DNA from: an uncultured Atopobiaceae bacterium
GTDB taxonomy: Bacteria > Actinomycetota > Coriobacteriia > Coriobacteriales > Atopobiaceae
Assembly (NCBI GenBank): GCA_963557715.1
Contig: CAUWCN010000006.1
Location: forward strand, 3,468-67,467
Direction: 5' to 3'
DNA: 64,000 bases
The notes under the pieces are model-generated. The model did no database searches. It was not told the DNA's origin and saw nothing but the letters and a program-made list of their open reading frames with translations. Position numbers and translations under genes: made by a program. This document shows, in pieces, positions 40,257-50,044 of the stretch; position 1 is the first letter of the stretch, and each line of letters begins with the position of its first letter.

Positions 40257-41423
40257 TCAAGCCTCGAAGGGGTGGATGGTGACGCCCTTGACGACGCGGT
40301 TCACGGTGCCGGTGGGGCTCGGCGTGTCGGGCGTGTTGCCCACGCGCACGGAGTTGAGCAGGGAGATGGCCTGGGCGAACATCACGAACGGGAGGGCGAG
40401 GTAAGCCTCGGGCAGGGCCTCGAAGTCCTCGAAGCAGAAGGAGTCGCCCTCGAAGTTGGCGTCAGCGGACTGCTGGACGGCCACGACGCGCTCGGCGATC
40501 TTGTCGCCGGCGATCTCGTCGAGGATGTCGATGTCGTACTGGCGGGTGTACGCGTCGTTGTTGACGAAGACGAAGACGAGGGTCTTGTCGTCGACGAAGG
40601 ACTTGGGCCCGTGGCGGTAGCCCATGCAGGAGTCCCAGGAGGTGGCGACCAGGCCGTGGGCGAGCTCGAGGATCTTGAGCTGGGCCTCCTGGGCCAGGCC
40701 GACGAAGGAGCCGGAGCCCAGGTAGGTCACGCGGTTGAAGTCGCCGGAGAGGTACTCGGCGACCTGGTCCTCACGGGCGACGACCTGCTCGCCCATCTTG
40801 GCGGCGCACTCGACCCAGGCGGTCTTCTCCTCGAGGGAGGCGGCGTCGAAGATGAGGGTGGAGAGCAGGGTCATGCAGCTGTAGGAGCCGGTCATGGCGA
40901 AGCCCTTGTCGTTGGCGCGCGGGATGAGCAGCGTCAGGGCGTTGGGGTCGTCGGCGGACTCGACGGCGAGCTTGCCCTCGGGGGCGCAGGTGATGTTGAG
41001 GAACTTCACGTTGCGGACGAAGGTCTTGGCGACCTGGACGGCGGCCAGGGACTCGGGGCTGTTGCCGGAACGGGCGAAGGAGACGACGACGGTGGGCTCG
41101 TCGGGGTTCAGGAAGTCGCGCGGGGCGGACACGATGTCCGTGGTGGCGATGGGCTTGAAGTCGTAGAGCTTGGTGTCGCCGGCGTGGCGCAGGTAGGGGG
41201 CCACGGTGTCGCCGACGTAGTCGGAGGTGCCGGCGCCGGTGAAGACGACGCTCAGGCGGCCGTCACCCATGGCGCGGGCCTCGGCGAGGAACTTCTCGAT
41301 GGCCTCGAGGTTCTCCTTGTAGATGTCGAGGGTGTCGAGCCACAGCTCGGGCTGCTGCTTGATCTCCGCGGTGGTGATCTGGGCGCCCATCGAGGTGAGC
41401 TTGTCGGTGTCGAACTCGAACAT
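40257..41423 (-). CDS. agaS: galactosamine-6-phosphate deaminase/isomerase (AgaS-type double SIS)
   Basis: EI.QQP, TGAGTS, SFARSGNSPES, GFAMTGS, LKILEL, RHGPKS and PDTPSPTGTVNRVV.GV. Confidence 0.9.
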   Translation of the reverse strand: MFEFDTDKLTSMGAQITTAEIKQQPELWLDTLDIYKENLEAIEKFLAEARAMGDGRLSVVFTGAGTSDYVGDTVAPYLRHAGDTKLYDFKPIATTDIVSAPRDFLNPDEPTVVVSFARSGNSPESLAAVQVAKTFVRNVKFLNITCAPEGKLAVESADDPNALTLLIPRANDKGFAMTGSYSCMTLLSTLIFDAASLEEKTAWVECAAKMGEQVVAREDQVAEYLSGDFNRVTYLGSGSFVGLAQEAQLKILELAHGLVATSWDSCMGYRHGPKSFVDDKTLVFVFVNNDAYTRQYDIDILDEIAGDKIAERVVAVQQSADANFEGDSFCFEDFEALPEAYLALPFVMFAQAISLLNSVRVGNTPDTPSPTGTVNRVVKGVTIHPFEA

Positions 41424-41453
41424 TCTTGCTCCTTTCCTGCCAGGCCGCGGGGC

Positions 41454-42182
41454 CTAGCTCCGGACGTGAGTGACCTTGTACTTGAACTGGTCCGCGCGGG
41501 CGACGCTGTGCGTGTACTCGAGCACGACGTTCTTGTCGCTGTACGTGGTGCGCACGAGCTTGAGGACGGGTGCGCCCTCCGCGATGCCGAGCGCGGACGC
41601 GTCGCCGCTGCGGGCGATGCTGGCGTAGAACTCCTCCTCCGCCACGCGAATCTTCTCGTGGTAGTCCTGCTCCATGATGTCGTAGAGCGGCTTGCGCGAG
41701 AGGTCCTGCGCGCTGAGCGAGACGAACCGGCCGACCGGCAGGTACGTGAGCTCGACCATCATGGGCACGCCGTCGGCCAGGCGCAGGCGGCGCAGGCGGA
41801 AGACCTTCTCGCCCAGGCGCACGCCGAGGTGGTCGGCGACGGACTTGCTGGCGTCGTTGGCCCCGAACTCGAGAATCACCGTCTTGGGCTCGCGGCCCAT
41901 CTGGCGCATCTGCTCGGTGAAGCTGTAGCCGCCCATGAGGTTGGCGGTCTCGTGGGACAGGTCCGAGACGAACGTGCCCTTGCCGTGGCAGCGGTTGATG
42001 AGGCCGAGGGTCTCGAGCTCCTGAAGCGCGAGGCGGACCGTGGTGCGCGAGAGGCCGTAGCGCTCGGAGAGCTCGCGCTCGGACGGCAGCAGGTCGCCGG
42101 GCTCGAGCTCGTTCTCGATCTTCTCGCGCAGGACGTCCCCGAGCTGGTCGTAGAGCGGCTGCTTGCGTGATGCCTTGCCCAT
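41454..42182 (-). CDS. GntR/HutC-family regulator (UTRA)
   Basis: LPSEREL...SR.TVR.AL..L...G...GKGTFV plus UTRA domain. Confidence 0.92.
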   Translation of the reverse strand: MGKASRKQPLYDQLGDVLREKIENELEPGDLLPSERELSERYGLSRTTVRLALQELETLGLINRCHGKGTFVSDLSHETANLMGGYSFTEQMRQMGREPKTVILEFGANDASKSVADHLGVRLGEKVFRLRRLRLADGVPMMVELTYLPVGRFVSLSAQDLSRKPLYDIMEQDYHEKIRVAEEEFYASIARSGDASALGIAEGAPVLKLVRTTYSDKNVVLEYTHSVARADQFKYKVTHVRS

Positions 42183-42258
42183 GGGACCTCCTCCCGGTAC
42201 TTCGGAGCCGCCCGCACGGCGCGGGGTCGTGCGGGCGGCGTGGCGATGCGGTGTGGGG

Positions 42259-42681
42259 CTACTCGTCCTCGTCGTCGAACGCGGCGACCTCGAGCTTCTT
42301 GCTGTCGATGCCCATGCGGCCGATCTCGAGGGCCGTGGCGACGACCTCGTCGGCGGTGGTGGACTCGGTGCGGGAGGTGACGCACTCGAGCAGCATCGGC
42401 AGGTTGGTGCCGGTGACGACCTGGACGCCCGGGGTCTGCTGGGTGGCGATCATCGACTGGTTGAACGGGGTGCCGCCGAACAGGTCGCAGAAGACGACGA
42501 CCTCGCCGCACTTCTCGGCCATCTGGGCGATGGCCTCGTGGAGCTTCTGGGGGTAGGTGCCGGCCTCGTCCTCGCGGAAGGAGACGGGCTGGAAGTCGTC
42601 CTGCTGGCCGCCGACCATCTGCAGGGCGCCCGCAAGGCCCTCGGCGAAGGTTCCGTGCCCAGTGAGAATGCATCCGACCAT
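42259..42681 (-). CDS. mannose-family PTS EIIA
   Basis: TGHG.FA, DLFGGTPFN and G.NLPMLLE. Confidence 0.9.
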   Translation of the reverse strand: MVGCILTGHGTFAEGLAGALQMVGGQQDDFQPVSFREDEAGTYPQKLHEAIAQMAEKCGEVVVFCDLFGGTPFNQSMIATQQTPGVQVVTGTNLPMLLECVTSRTESTTADEVVATALEIGRMGIDSKKLEVAAFDDEDE

Positions 42682-42744
42682 GGCGATTTCCTCTCTTTCG
42701 AAGGCGGCCCGCAGACCGCCCGCGCCCGGTCCCGGGCGCTGCCT

Positions 42745-42760
42745 ACTGGTTGTAACCAGG
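42745..42760. promoter_or_regulatory. NagR/DasR-like (dre-type) operator
   Basis: aCTGGTTgtAACCAGg palindrome upstream of the EIIA-gntR-agaS-nagA operon; resembles the HutC-family TGGT-N4-ACCA consensus. Confidence 0.7.
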
Positions 42761-43132
42761 TTACTTCTCCTCCCACTCTATCCCATGGGGAGGGGTCTCG
42801 CGGCCCGGATCCCCATGACTTGGAAGCTCCTCGGCAAACCGGTCACGAATCGTTCAATTAGCGGCTAATGCGCTGGTCGGACGCAGATCGAAACGAACAC
42901 GCAGCCGCGCCCGGGGCGCCGGCGGGACCCTTCTCGCGGCCCCTACCTGCGGCTTGTTCGCTGGTTACGCAATCTAATACCAGTTGCGGCACGAACGCGG
43001 CCGCCTGGGCCGCGGCGGCAAGAGGGGCCGCGCACGTGCCCGCAGCGACGCCCGGGGGCGCCCCAGGGGCGTCCGGGGCGGGCACGAGGCGCTAAGATGG
43101 GGCGGACAGAAGGCAACGGCAAAGGAGCACCC

Positions 43133-44068
43133 ATGATCTCTACCGTCACGCTCAACACCTCCATCGACAAGGCGTACCAGCTCGCCTGCCCCCTCGTCGA
43201 CGGCACGGTGATGCGTGTCTCGACCTGCATCGACAACGCCGGCGGCAAGGGCCTCAACGCCGCCCGCGCGGTGGCGACCTGCGGCGAGGAGGTCCTGGCC
43301 ACGGGCTTCGCCGGTGGCAACAACGGCCGCCTGCTGCGCGAGCTTCTCGACGCCGACGGCGTGAGCCACGACTTCGTCGAGGTGGCCTGCGAGACCCGCT
43401 GCTGCATCAACGTGCTCGAGCCCGACGGGCGCTCCACCGAGTTCCTGGAGCCCGGCCGCGCCGTGAGCGGCTCCGAGGTCGCCGCCGTGCGCGCCAAGGT
43501 CGCCGAGGTGGCCGCCCGCGCCGACGTCGTCACCTTCGACGGCTCCGCCCCCACCGGCGCCGGCGACGACATCTACCGCGAGCTGGTCGCCATCGTCCGC
43601 GAGGGCGGCAAGCCCTGCATCCTGGACACCTCCGGCAAGCTGCTCGTGGGCAGCCTCGCCGCCAGGCCCACGATGATCAAGCCCAACACCGACGAGATCG
43701 AGGCCATCCTGGGCCGCAAGCCCGAGTCCATCGACGAGATCGTGGCCGCCGCGCGCGAGGTCCACGAGGCCCACGGCATCGAGAAGGTCGTCGTGTCGCT
43801 GGGCGGCGACGGCTCCGTCATGGCCTGCGACGAGGGCGTCTTCCGCGGCCGCGCCCCCAGGATCGAGGTCGTCAACCCAGTCGGCTCCGGCGACACCATG
43901 GTCGGCGCCTTCGCCGTGGCCATGGCCCGCGGCCTGAGCTCGGCCGACCAGCTGGCCTTCGCCATGAGCTGCGCCACGGCCAACTGCCTGACGCCCTCCA
44001 CCGGCCACTTCGACATGGCCTGCGCCGAGGAGCTGCGCGCCCAGACCACCGTGGAGCGCGTGGCCTAG
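43133..44068 (+). CDS. 1-phosphofructokinase/tagatose-6-phosphate kinase (PfkB, LacC-like)
   Basis: TVTLN.SID, GGKGLN, KPN..E, SLG.DG and VGSGD; RBS AAAGGAG. Confidence 0.88.
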   Translation: MISTVTLNTSIDKAYQLACPLVDGTVMRVSTCIDNAGGKGLNAARAVATCGEEVLATGFAGGNNGRLLRELLDADGVSHDFVEVACETRCCINVLEPDGRSTEFLEPGRAVSGSEVAAVRAKVAEVAARADVVTFDGSAPTGAGDDIYRELVAIVREGGKPCILDTSGKLLVGSLAARPTMIKPNTDEIEAILGRKPESIDEIVAAAREVHEAHGIEKVVVSLGGDGSVMACDEGVFRGRAPRIEVVNPVGSGDTMVGAFAVAMARGLSSADQLAFAMSCATANCLTPSTGHFDMACAEELRAQTTVERVA

Positions 44069-44315
44069 CCGCCGGCGCACCGCGCGGACGAGAGGGGCCA
44101 GGGGGTCGCGACGAGGGTCGCGGCCCCCTTTCTCGTTCGCAGGCGCGCAGACGGACGCGGCGGCCCGGCTGTGCCACAGGCGGCCGTGGCGCCACGCGGA
44201 CCCGGCGCCCCTTCCCGCCCCGGCGCCGCGAACGCGAGGAGCCCGCCGCACGGGATGTGCGACGGGCTCCGGGGCCGGCGGGCGCCGGCGTCGTGCAGCC
44301 TGGGGCGCGGGGGCG

Positions 44316-45194
44316 CTACGCCAGGATCTGGCGGATTTGCTCGACCTGCTCGGGCGTGGTCTGGACGGCCGGCTCGGCGACCCTGGTCGAGATGGGCAGG
44401 CCCTTGACGCTGACGGCGCACTTGATCGACGAGATGAAGAGGTCGCAGACGTCGTAGACGGCCATGAGGCGGGAGATGCGCTCGGCGCACGCGATGGCGT
44501 CGGCGAAGTCGCCGGCCTGGTAGGCGCGGTGCATGCGGACGAAGAGCTCGGGCTCGACGTTGGTCAGGCCGCAGAGGACGCCGTTGCCGCCGGACACGCG
44601 GTTGACCAGGTAGTACTCGTCGAAGCCGGACAGCACGCTGAACTCGGGGCTGACGGAGCGGGCGGCGCGCAGCACCTTGCGGGTGTGGCTGATGGTGTCG
44701 ACGGTGTCCTTGATGCCGACGATGTTGGCGTGCTGGGAAGCCAGGCGCGCGACGAGCTCGGGCGAAAGGTCCGAGCCGGTGCGGTCGGGGAAGTTGTAGA
44801 GGACCACGGGCAGCTCGGTTGCCTCGGCGATGCCGCCGAAGTAGCTCTCGGCGCAGGGGTCGGAGGGCCCGAAGTAGTACGGGGAGACGGCGACGACGGC
44901 GTCGGCACCGGCCTTCTCGGCGTAGCGGACGAACTCGAGGACCTTGCGGTAGTCGGTGTCGCCAACGCCGGCGAGGACTTTGGCGCGGCCCGCGACGCGC
45001 TCGACGGCGAAGCTCAGCGCGCGCTCCTTGTCCTCGAGGGACACGGCGTAGAACTCGCCGATGCTGCCGAAGAGCAGGATGCCGTCGATGCCCGCCTCGC
45101 AGAGGTGGTCGAGGTGGCGACCCCACAGGTCGAGGTCGAGGTTGCCCTCGTCGTCGGTGATGGTGATGGAGGGGCAGAAGACTCCCTCGAGCAT
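44316..45194 (-). CDS. DapA-family aldolase (2-keto-3-deoxy sugar acid aldolase)
   Basis: GS.GEF, PYY, LYNFP.RTG, GIKDT (Schiff-base Lys) and SGFDE. Confidence 0.85.
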   Translation of the reverse strand: MLEGVFCPSITITDDEGNLDLDLWGRHLDHLCEAGIDGILLFGSIGEFYAVSLEDKERALSFAVERVAGRAKVLAGVGDTDYRKVLEFVRYAEKAGADAVVAVSPYYFGPSDPCAESYFGGIAEATELPVVLYNFPDRTGSDLSPELVARLASQHANIVGIKDTVDTISHTRKVLRAARSVSPEFSVLSGFDEYYLVNRVSGGNGVLCGLTNVEPELFVRMHRAYQAGDFADAIACAERISRLMAVYDVCDLFISSIKCAVSVKGLPISTRVAEPAVQTTPEQVEQIRQILA

Positions 45195-45285
45195 GTTCTC
45201 TCTCCCTTTCTGGGGGCCGGGCCCCCGATGACGTGAGCCGGCCCCGCGAGGGGGCCGGCGTCGCATGCCCTGCGCAGGCCCTAGC

Positions 45286-46080
45286 CTACAGGCTCAGGCC
45301 GTAGGCGCGCACGGCGTTGTTCATGAAGAAGTCCTCGTCGTCGCCGAAGGCCTCGCGCAGCGTGCGGAAGTGCTCGTCGAAGGACGAGTACATGTCCACG
45401 ACGGGCCAGTTGGAGGCGTACAGCAGGCGGTCGGGCCTGAACGTCTCGCGCACGAAGCCGAGGAGCTCGTCGACGAAGGCGCGGTCGGCCGTGGGGAAGC
45501 CGGAGACCTTGACGTAGAGGTTGGGCAGCTCGGCGAACCTGCGCATGACGTCGCGGTAGGCGTCGGTGAGGGCCTCGACGTTGCCGAGGTGGTTGAGGAC
45601 GACGGTCTCCTCGGGGGCCTGCGAGAAGGACTCGTAGGCGTCCTCGAGCTCGCCGACGCGGTTGCAGGACTCGAAGGGCAGGCCCCTCTCGGCCATGGCG
45701 TGCAGACCGGCGACGAAGTCGGGCTCGAGGCAGCGGCCGCGCGGCTCGGAGTCGATGTGGAGCGGCTCGCGGATTCCCGTGGCGATGAGCGGGACGCGCA
45801 TCTGCGGGGACACGTCGGAGCGCAGCATGCAGGCGAGCATCTTGGGGTGGGCGGCCATCAGGTCGCGCACGATGCCGTCCTCGGCCTCGTGGTCGGCGCA
45901 GTCGACCTCGACGTAGACGCCGCCGACGAACTCGACGCCCTCCTGGCGCGCGTACTGTGCCTCGAGGTCCTCGAAGGTGTAGGTGCGCGTGATGGATCCG
46001 TCGGTGCCGTCGAGCCATGGAAGGCTCTGGCGCTGCAGGTCCCACACGTGGAAGTGCGAATCGATGACGCGAAGTGCCAT
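45286..46080 (-). CDS. amidohydrolase (sugar lactonase, L-fuconolactonase-like)
   Basis: IDSHFHVWD, LNHLG, KVSG and ASNWPV; fucose-locus context. Confidence 0.8.
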   Translation of the reverse strand: MALRVIDSHFHVWDLQRQSLPWLDGTDGSITRTYTFEDLEAQYARQEGVEFVGGVYVEVDCADHEAEDGIVRDLMAAHPKMLACMLRSDVSPQMRVPLIATGIREPLHIDSEPRGRCLEPDFVAGLHAMAERGLPFESCNRVGELEDAYESFSQAPEETVVLNHLGNVEALTDAYRDVMRRFAELPNLYVKVSGFPTADRAFVDELLGFVRETFRPDRLLYASNWPVVDMYSSFDEHFRTLREAFGDDEDFFMNNAVRAYGLSL

Positions 46081-46084
46081 GTCG

Positions 46085-47350
46085 TTACCTCTCTTCCAGG
46101 CCGATCTTGGAGCCGACCAGGCCGTACCAGGCCACGTAGACGAAGCCGGGGACCGCGACGAGCAGGGCGAAGTTGACGCCCAGGCCGTCGGCGACCGCGC
46201 TGAGCAGCAGCGGGATGAGGGCCGCGCCCACGATGGACATGACGAGCGCGGAGGAGCCCGTCTTGACCGCAGAGCCGCGCAGGCCCGCCAGGGTCAGCGA
46301 GAAGACCGTCGGGTAGCCGATGGAGACGAACAGGTAGGCCAGCATCAGGGCGATGACGGAGACCTTGCCCAGGCCCAGGAACGCGACGAAGAACAGGACC
46401 GCAGAGGCCCCCATGTACGCGCCCAGGATCTTGCCCGGCTCGACCTTGGCCATGAGCGGGGTCGAGGCGAAGCGGCCGATGGTGAACAGCAGCGAGAGGA
46501 CCGAGAGGAACAGCGCGGCGTCGCCGGCGCTCAGGCCCTCCCACTGGCCCATGGCGAAGTCGGAGAACAGGGACATGCCCGCGACCTGCAGGCCGATGAA
46601 GACGAACTCGGCCAGGACGCCCAGGGCGACGTAGGGCTTCCTGAGCAGCTGGAGGAAGCCGACCTTCTCGGCGCCCCCCTGCTCCTCCTCGTCGCCGGGA
46701 GGGGTCGGGAGCTTGACGAAGACGAACACCGCCAGGACGATGGCGAGCACGATCGCGATGACCACGTACATGCCGCGCATGCTGGCGAGGAACGACACCT
46801 TGGCCTCTGCGAAGCCCGGGTCGCCCGCGGCGACGGTCTGGCCCAGGATCTGCGAGAGGATCAGCGGGCCGACGACGTTGCCCACGCCATTGAAGGACTG
46901 GGCGAGGTTGAGGCGCATGGACTCGTGCCTCTCGTCGCCGAGCTTGGTGATGTACGGGTTGCAGTTGGTCTCCAGGGTGGAGGCGCCGGCCGCGATCACG
47001 AACATGGCCACGAGGAACAGCGCGAAGGACGCGGCGTTGGTGGCCGGGACCGTGATGAGCGAGCCGAGCACGAACAGCGCCAGGCCCATGACGACGCCGC
47101 CCTTGTAGCCGAAGCGGCGGGCGACCATGGAGGCCGGGATCGCCATCACGAAGTAGGCGCCGTAGTAGGCCACCTGCAGCAGCGAGGCGGAGGTGCTGGA
47201 CAGCTCCAGGTAGTTGGCCATGGGGCTGTTGAGGGCGTTGACCAGGTTCATGGTCAGGCCCCAGACGAAGAACAGCGAGGTCACGAGGACGATCGCGACG
47301 GTTGCCGCGCGGCCCTTGGACATCGGCTTGGAAGCCGGCTTGTCAGACAT
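46085..47350 (-). CDS. fucP: L-fucose:H+ symporter-family MFS transporter
   Basis: SLFF.WG, Q.AYYGAYF, GYK.G, LET..NPY, RLNLAQSFNG.G and SI.YPT.F. Confidence 0.82.
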   Translation of the reverse strand: MSDKPASKPMSKGRAATVAIVLVTSLFFVWGLTMNLVNALNSPMANYLELSSTSASLLQVAYYGAYFVMAIPASMVARRFGYKGGVVMGLALFVLGSLITVPATNAASFALFLVAMFVIAAGASTLETNCNPYITKLGDERHESMRLNLAQSFNGVGNVVGPLILSQILGQTVAAGDPGFAEAKVSFLASMRGMYVVIAIVLAIVLAVFVFVKLPTPPGDEEEQGGAEKVGFLQLLRKPYVALGVLAEFVFIGLQVAGMSLFSDFAMGQWEGLSAGDAALFLSVLSLLFTIGRFASTPLMAKVEPGKILGAYMGASAVLFFVAFLGLGKVSVIALMLAYLFVSIGYPTVFSLTLAGLRGSAVKTGSSALVMSIVGAALIPLLLSAVADGLGVNFALLVAVPGFVYVAWYGLVGSKIGLEER

Positions 47351-47368
47351 CGTGTGCCTCCCGGTGCG

Positions 47369-48160
47369 CTAGTCGAGCGCGCGGTCGAGGTTGACGTAGC
47401 CGCCGTCCACGTTGCACCACTGGCCGGTGGTGTGGGAGGAGCGGTCGGAGAGCAGGAAGCAGGTGGTGTCGGCGATCTCCTCGACGGAGGTCATGCGGTG
47501 GCCCAGGGGGATCCTATCGGTGATGAGGGAGAGGCGCTCCTGCTGGGCCTTCTCGTCGCCGAAGGTCTTGATCCAGTTGGCGTACAGCGGCGTCCAGGCC
47601 TCGGCCACGACGATGGCGTTGACGCGGACCTCGTCCTTGACGAGGGCGGCGGCCCACTCACGGGTGAGGCCGAGGATGGCGCCCTTGGCGGCGGCGTAGG
47701 CGGTCGTCTTGCCCTGGCCGGTGAGGGCGACCTTGGAGGCGATGTTCACGATGGAGCCCTTGGACTGCTTGAGGTAGGGCACGCACTGGTGGACGAGCTC
47801 GAAGTAGTGGGTCAGGTTGCCGTGCAGGGACCTCTCGAACTCCTCCCACGTGGTGGTCTCGAGCTCGAGGTTGTCGTTACGGCCGGCGTTGTTCACGACG
47901 CCGTCGATGTGGCCGTACTTGGCGTAGACGTCCTCGACGATCGGCTTGATGGCGTCGGTGTCGTTGAGGTCGATGAAGTAGGTCTCGAAGGTGTCGGTGA
48001 TCTGGGAGATCTCGACGCGGAACTCGTCCTCGACGCCGTCCTTGCGGTTGAGCACCACGGGGATCGCGCCCTCGCGGGCGAGCTCGAGGGCGATGCCCTT
48101 GCCGATGCCCTTGAAGCCGCCGGTGACGAAGATGACCTTGTCCTGGAGGTGCAGATCCAT
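47369..48160 (-). CDS. SDR L-fucose dehydrogenase-like (FucX type)
   Basis: MDL.L.DKV, TGG.KGIG, NNAG.ND, SK.ALTGQG.T..YAAAKG, LTREWA and AE.WTPLY. Confidence 0.82.
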   Translation of the reverse strand: MDLHLQDKVIFVTGGFKGIGKGIALELAREGAIPVVLNRKDGVEDEFRVEISQITDTFETYFIDLNDTDAIKPIVEDVYAKYGHIDGVVNNAGRNDNLELETTTWEEFERSLHGNLTHYFELVHQCVPYLKQSKGSIVNIASKVALTGQGKTTAYAAAKGAILGLTREWAAALVKDEVRVNAIVVAEAWTPLYANWIKTFGDEKAQQERLSLITDRIPLGHRMTSVEEIADTTCFLLSDRSSHTTGQWCNVDGGYVNLDRALD

Positions 48161-48312
48161 GATGAACCCTTCTCTCTCTCCCGCGGCCGCGCCGCGGGGT
48201 CGTGGGGCGAAAGCCCCGTGCGTTGTCTCGCGGCAGGCTCGCCGCGCTGGTACCTGTGGTCGGGGCCGGGCCCCGGGGGTGCGTGCGGACGGGGCGCGTG
48301 GCCCCGCCGGCG

Positions 48313-49845
48313 CTACATGTAGTTGCAGATGTGCGGCAGGGCCGTCTCGGTGTAGCCGAGGGCCTCGGCACAGGTGGGCTCGCCGTTGCAGACGCGCACG
48401 ACCTGGTCGATGAGCTGGTCGCGCAACTCCTCCATGGTCTGGGGGCCGTAGATCGTGGCCGAGGCGTCCATGTCGATGTTGTCGGCCATGGTGCGGGCGG
48501 TGCGCGCGTTGGCGGTCAGGCGCAGGACCGGGGCGATGGCGTTGCCGGTGGGCGTGCCCAGGCCGGTCGAGAAGACCACGAGCTGGCAGCCGCCGGCGAT
48601 GATGCCGCCCACGGACGACGGGTCGTTGCCCGGCGTGTCCATGACGACGAGGCCCTCGTGGGCGCCGATCGGGGCGGCGTAGGGGTAGACGGCGTTGACG
48701 GTGCTGTGGCCGGCCTTGTGGATGCAGCCAAGGGACTTCTCCTCGAGGGTGGTCAGGCCGCCCGCCATGTTGCCGGGGCTCGGGTTGCCCTCGCGCATCT
48801 CGGCACCGAACATCTGCACGTACCTCTCGTAGTCGCGCACGATGCCGAGGACCTGCTCGCCGACCTCCGGGGTGCGGGCGCGGCGGGCCAGGATGTGCTC
48901 GCCGCCGAAGAGCTCGGGGGTCTCGCACAGGACGGTCGTGGCGCCCTGGGCGACGAGCCAGTCGGAGACCTCGCCGATGAGCGGGTTGGAACCCAGGCCG
49001 CTGGAGGTGTCGGAGCCGCCGCAGTTGGTGCCGAAGACGAGCTCGTCGATGCCGCACTCCTCGCGCACGCAGGCAGAGGCCTCGGCGACGAGCTCGCGGG
49101 CGATGCGGGTGCCCTCCTCGACCGCGCGGATGGAGCCGCCGACCTCCTGGATGATCAGGGTGCGCACGGGCTTGTCGGTGCGCTCGCGGATGGCGTCGAC
49201 GACGATGTCGTTCTGGCAGCCCTCGCAGCCGAGGGAGACGGCCAGCACGGAGCAGACGTTGGGGTTGGCGGCCAGGCCGGCCATGGTGTCGATGGTGACC
49301 CTCTGGTCCACGTCCACCTGGGAGCAGCCGTTCTGGTTGTGGAAGGTGACGCAGCCGTCGACGGCGTGCGCGATGCGCTCGCAGGTGTCGGAGGCGCAGA
49401 TGCTGGTGGGGAGCACGAGCACGTGGTTCCTGATGCCCACGCGGCCGTCGGAGCGGCGGTAGCCCATGAAGGTGCGGGTGCAGCGGGTGGGCTGGGCGGA
49501 GGCGGCCCGTGCGGTGCTGTCCTGCTGCGCGAGGTCGGCGTCCTTGAGCTCGTCGCTGCTCTCGCAGTTGTGGGTGTGGACGTGCTCGCCGGCCCTGATG
49601 TCGCAGGTGGCGACGCCGATGTACTCGCCGTACTTGACGACCTTCTCGCCGCGGGCGATGTCGGTGCGCGCGACCTTGTGGAACAGCGGGACGTCCTGGG
49701 CGGCGACGAGCGTCGCCATGCCGTCGGGCATCGGGTAGCGGACCTCGTCGCCGGCCCTCAGCGGGTAGATGGCGATGACGACGTTGTCCATGGGATCGAT
49801 GACGACCGCGTTCCTCTGGCCCTGCGGGGCGCTCTCGGCCTCCAT
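48313..49845 (-). CDS. UxaA/GarD-family sugar-acid dehydratase (SAF + catalytic domains fused)
   Basis: DNV.IA, HKVA, KYG..IG, HVHTHN, GY.R.DGRVG.RN, LGCE, CGGSD..SG, GN.AGGLTT.EEKSLG and F.TG.G. Confidence 0.9.
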   Translation of the reverse strand: MEAESAPQGQRNAVVIDPMDNVVIAIYPLRAGDEVRYPMPDGMATLVAAQDVPLFHKVARTDIARGEKVVKYGEYIGVATCDIRAGEHVHTHNCESSDELKDADLAQQDSTARAASAQPTRCTRTFMGYRRSDGRVGIRNHVLVLPTSICASDTCERIAHAVDGCVTFHNQNGCSQVDVDQRVTIDTMAGLAANPNVCSVLAVSLGCEGCQNDIVVDAIRERTDKPVRTLIIQEVGGSIRAVEEGTRIARELVAEASACVREECGIDELVFGTNCGGSDTSSGLGSNPLIGEVSDWLVAQGATTVLCETPELFGGEHILARRARTPEVGEQVLGIVRDYERYVQMFGAEMREGNPSPGNMAGGLTTLEEKSLGCIHKAGHSTVNAVYPYAAPIGAHEGLVVMDTPGNDPSSVGGIIAGGCQLVVFSTGLGTPTGNAIAPVLRLTANARTARTMADNIDMDASATIYGPQTMEELRDQLIDQVVRVCNGEPTCAEALGYTETALPHICNYM

Positions 49846-49864
49846 GCTGCCTCCTCTGCGGCTG

Positions 49865-49991
49865 GCGTTCGTATTTGCGAACGCTATTCGTAATTCCAAC
49901 CGTTTGCGAGGATACTCCTGTCTGCCTGACTTATATGAACTCTGGACGAACGGTTGGTTTTTGGTTGTGAACGGCGTTCCTAATGCGGAAC
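49865..49991. promoter_or_regulatory. two GTTC-N8-GAAC palindromes (probable IclR operators)
   Basis: gcGTTCgtatttgcGAACgc (49865-49884) and GTTCctaatgcgGAAC (49976-49991) between the divergent uxaA-like and iclR genes. Confidence 0.65.
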
Positions 49992-50044
49992 CGGCATGCA
50001 GCGGTCTACAGTAGGCGGGACCACATGCGAAGGGAGCCCCACCC

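Noticed and set aside
49865-49991. GTTC/GAAC palindromes as LexA boxes
   Set aside because: Orientation and spacing (GTTC-N8-GAAC) do not match GAAC-N4-GTTC; the adjacent IclR explains them better.
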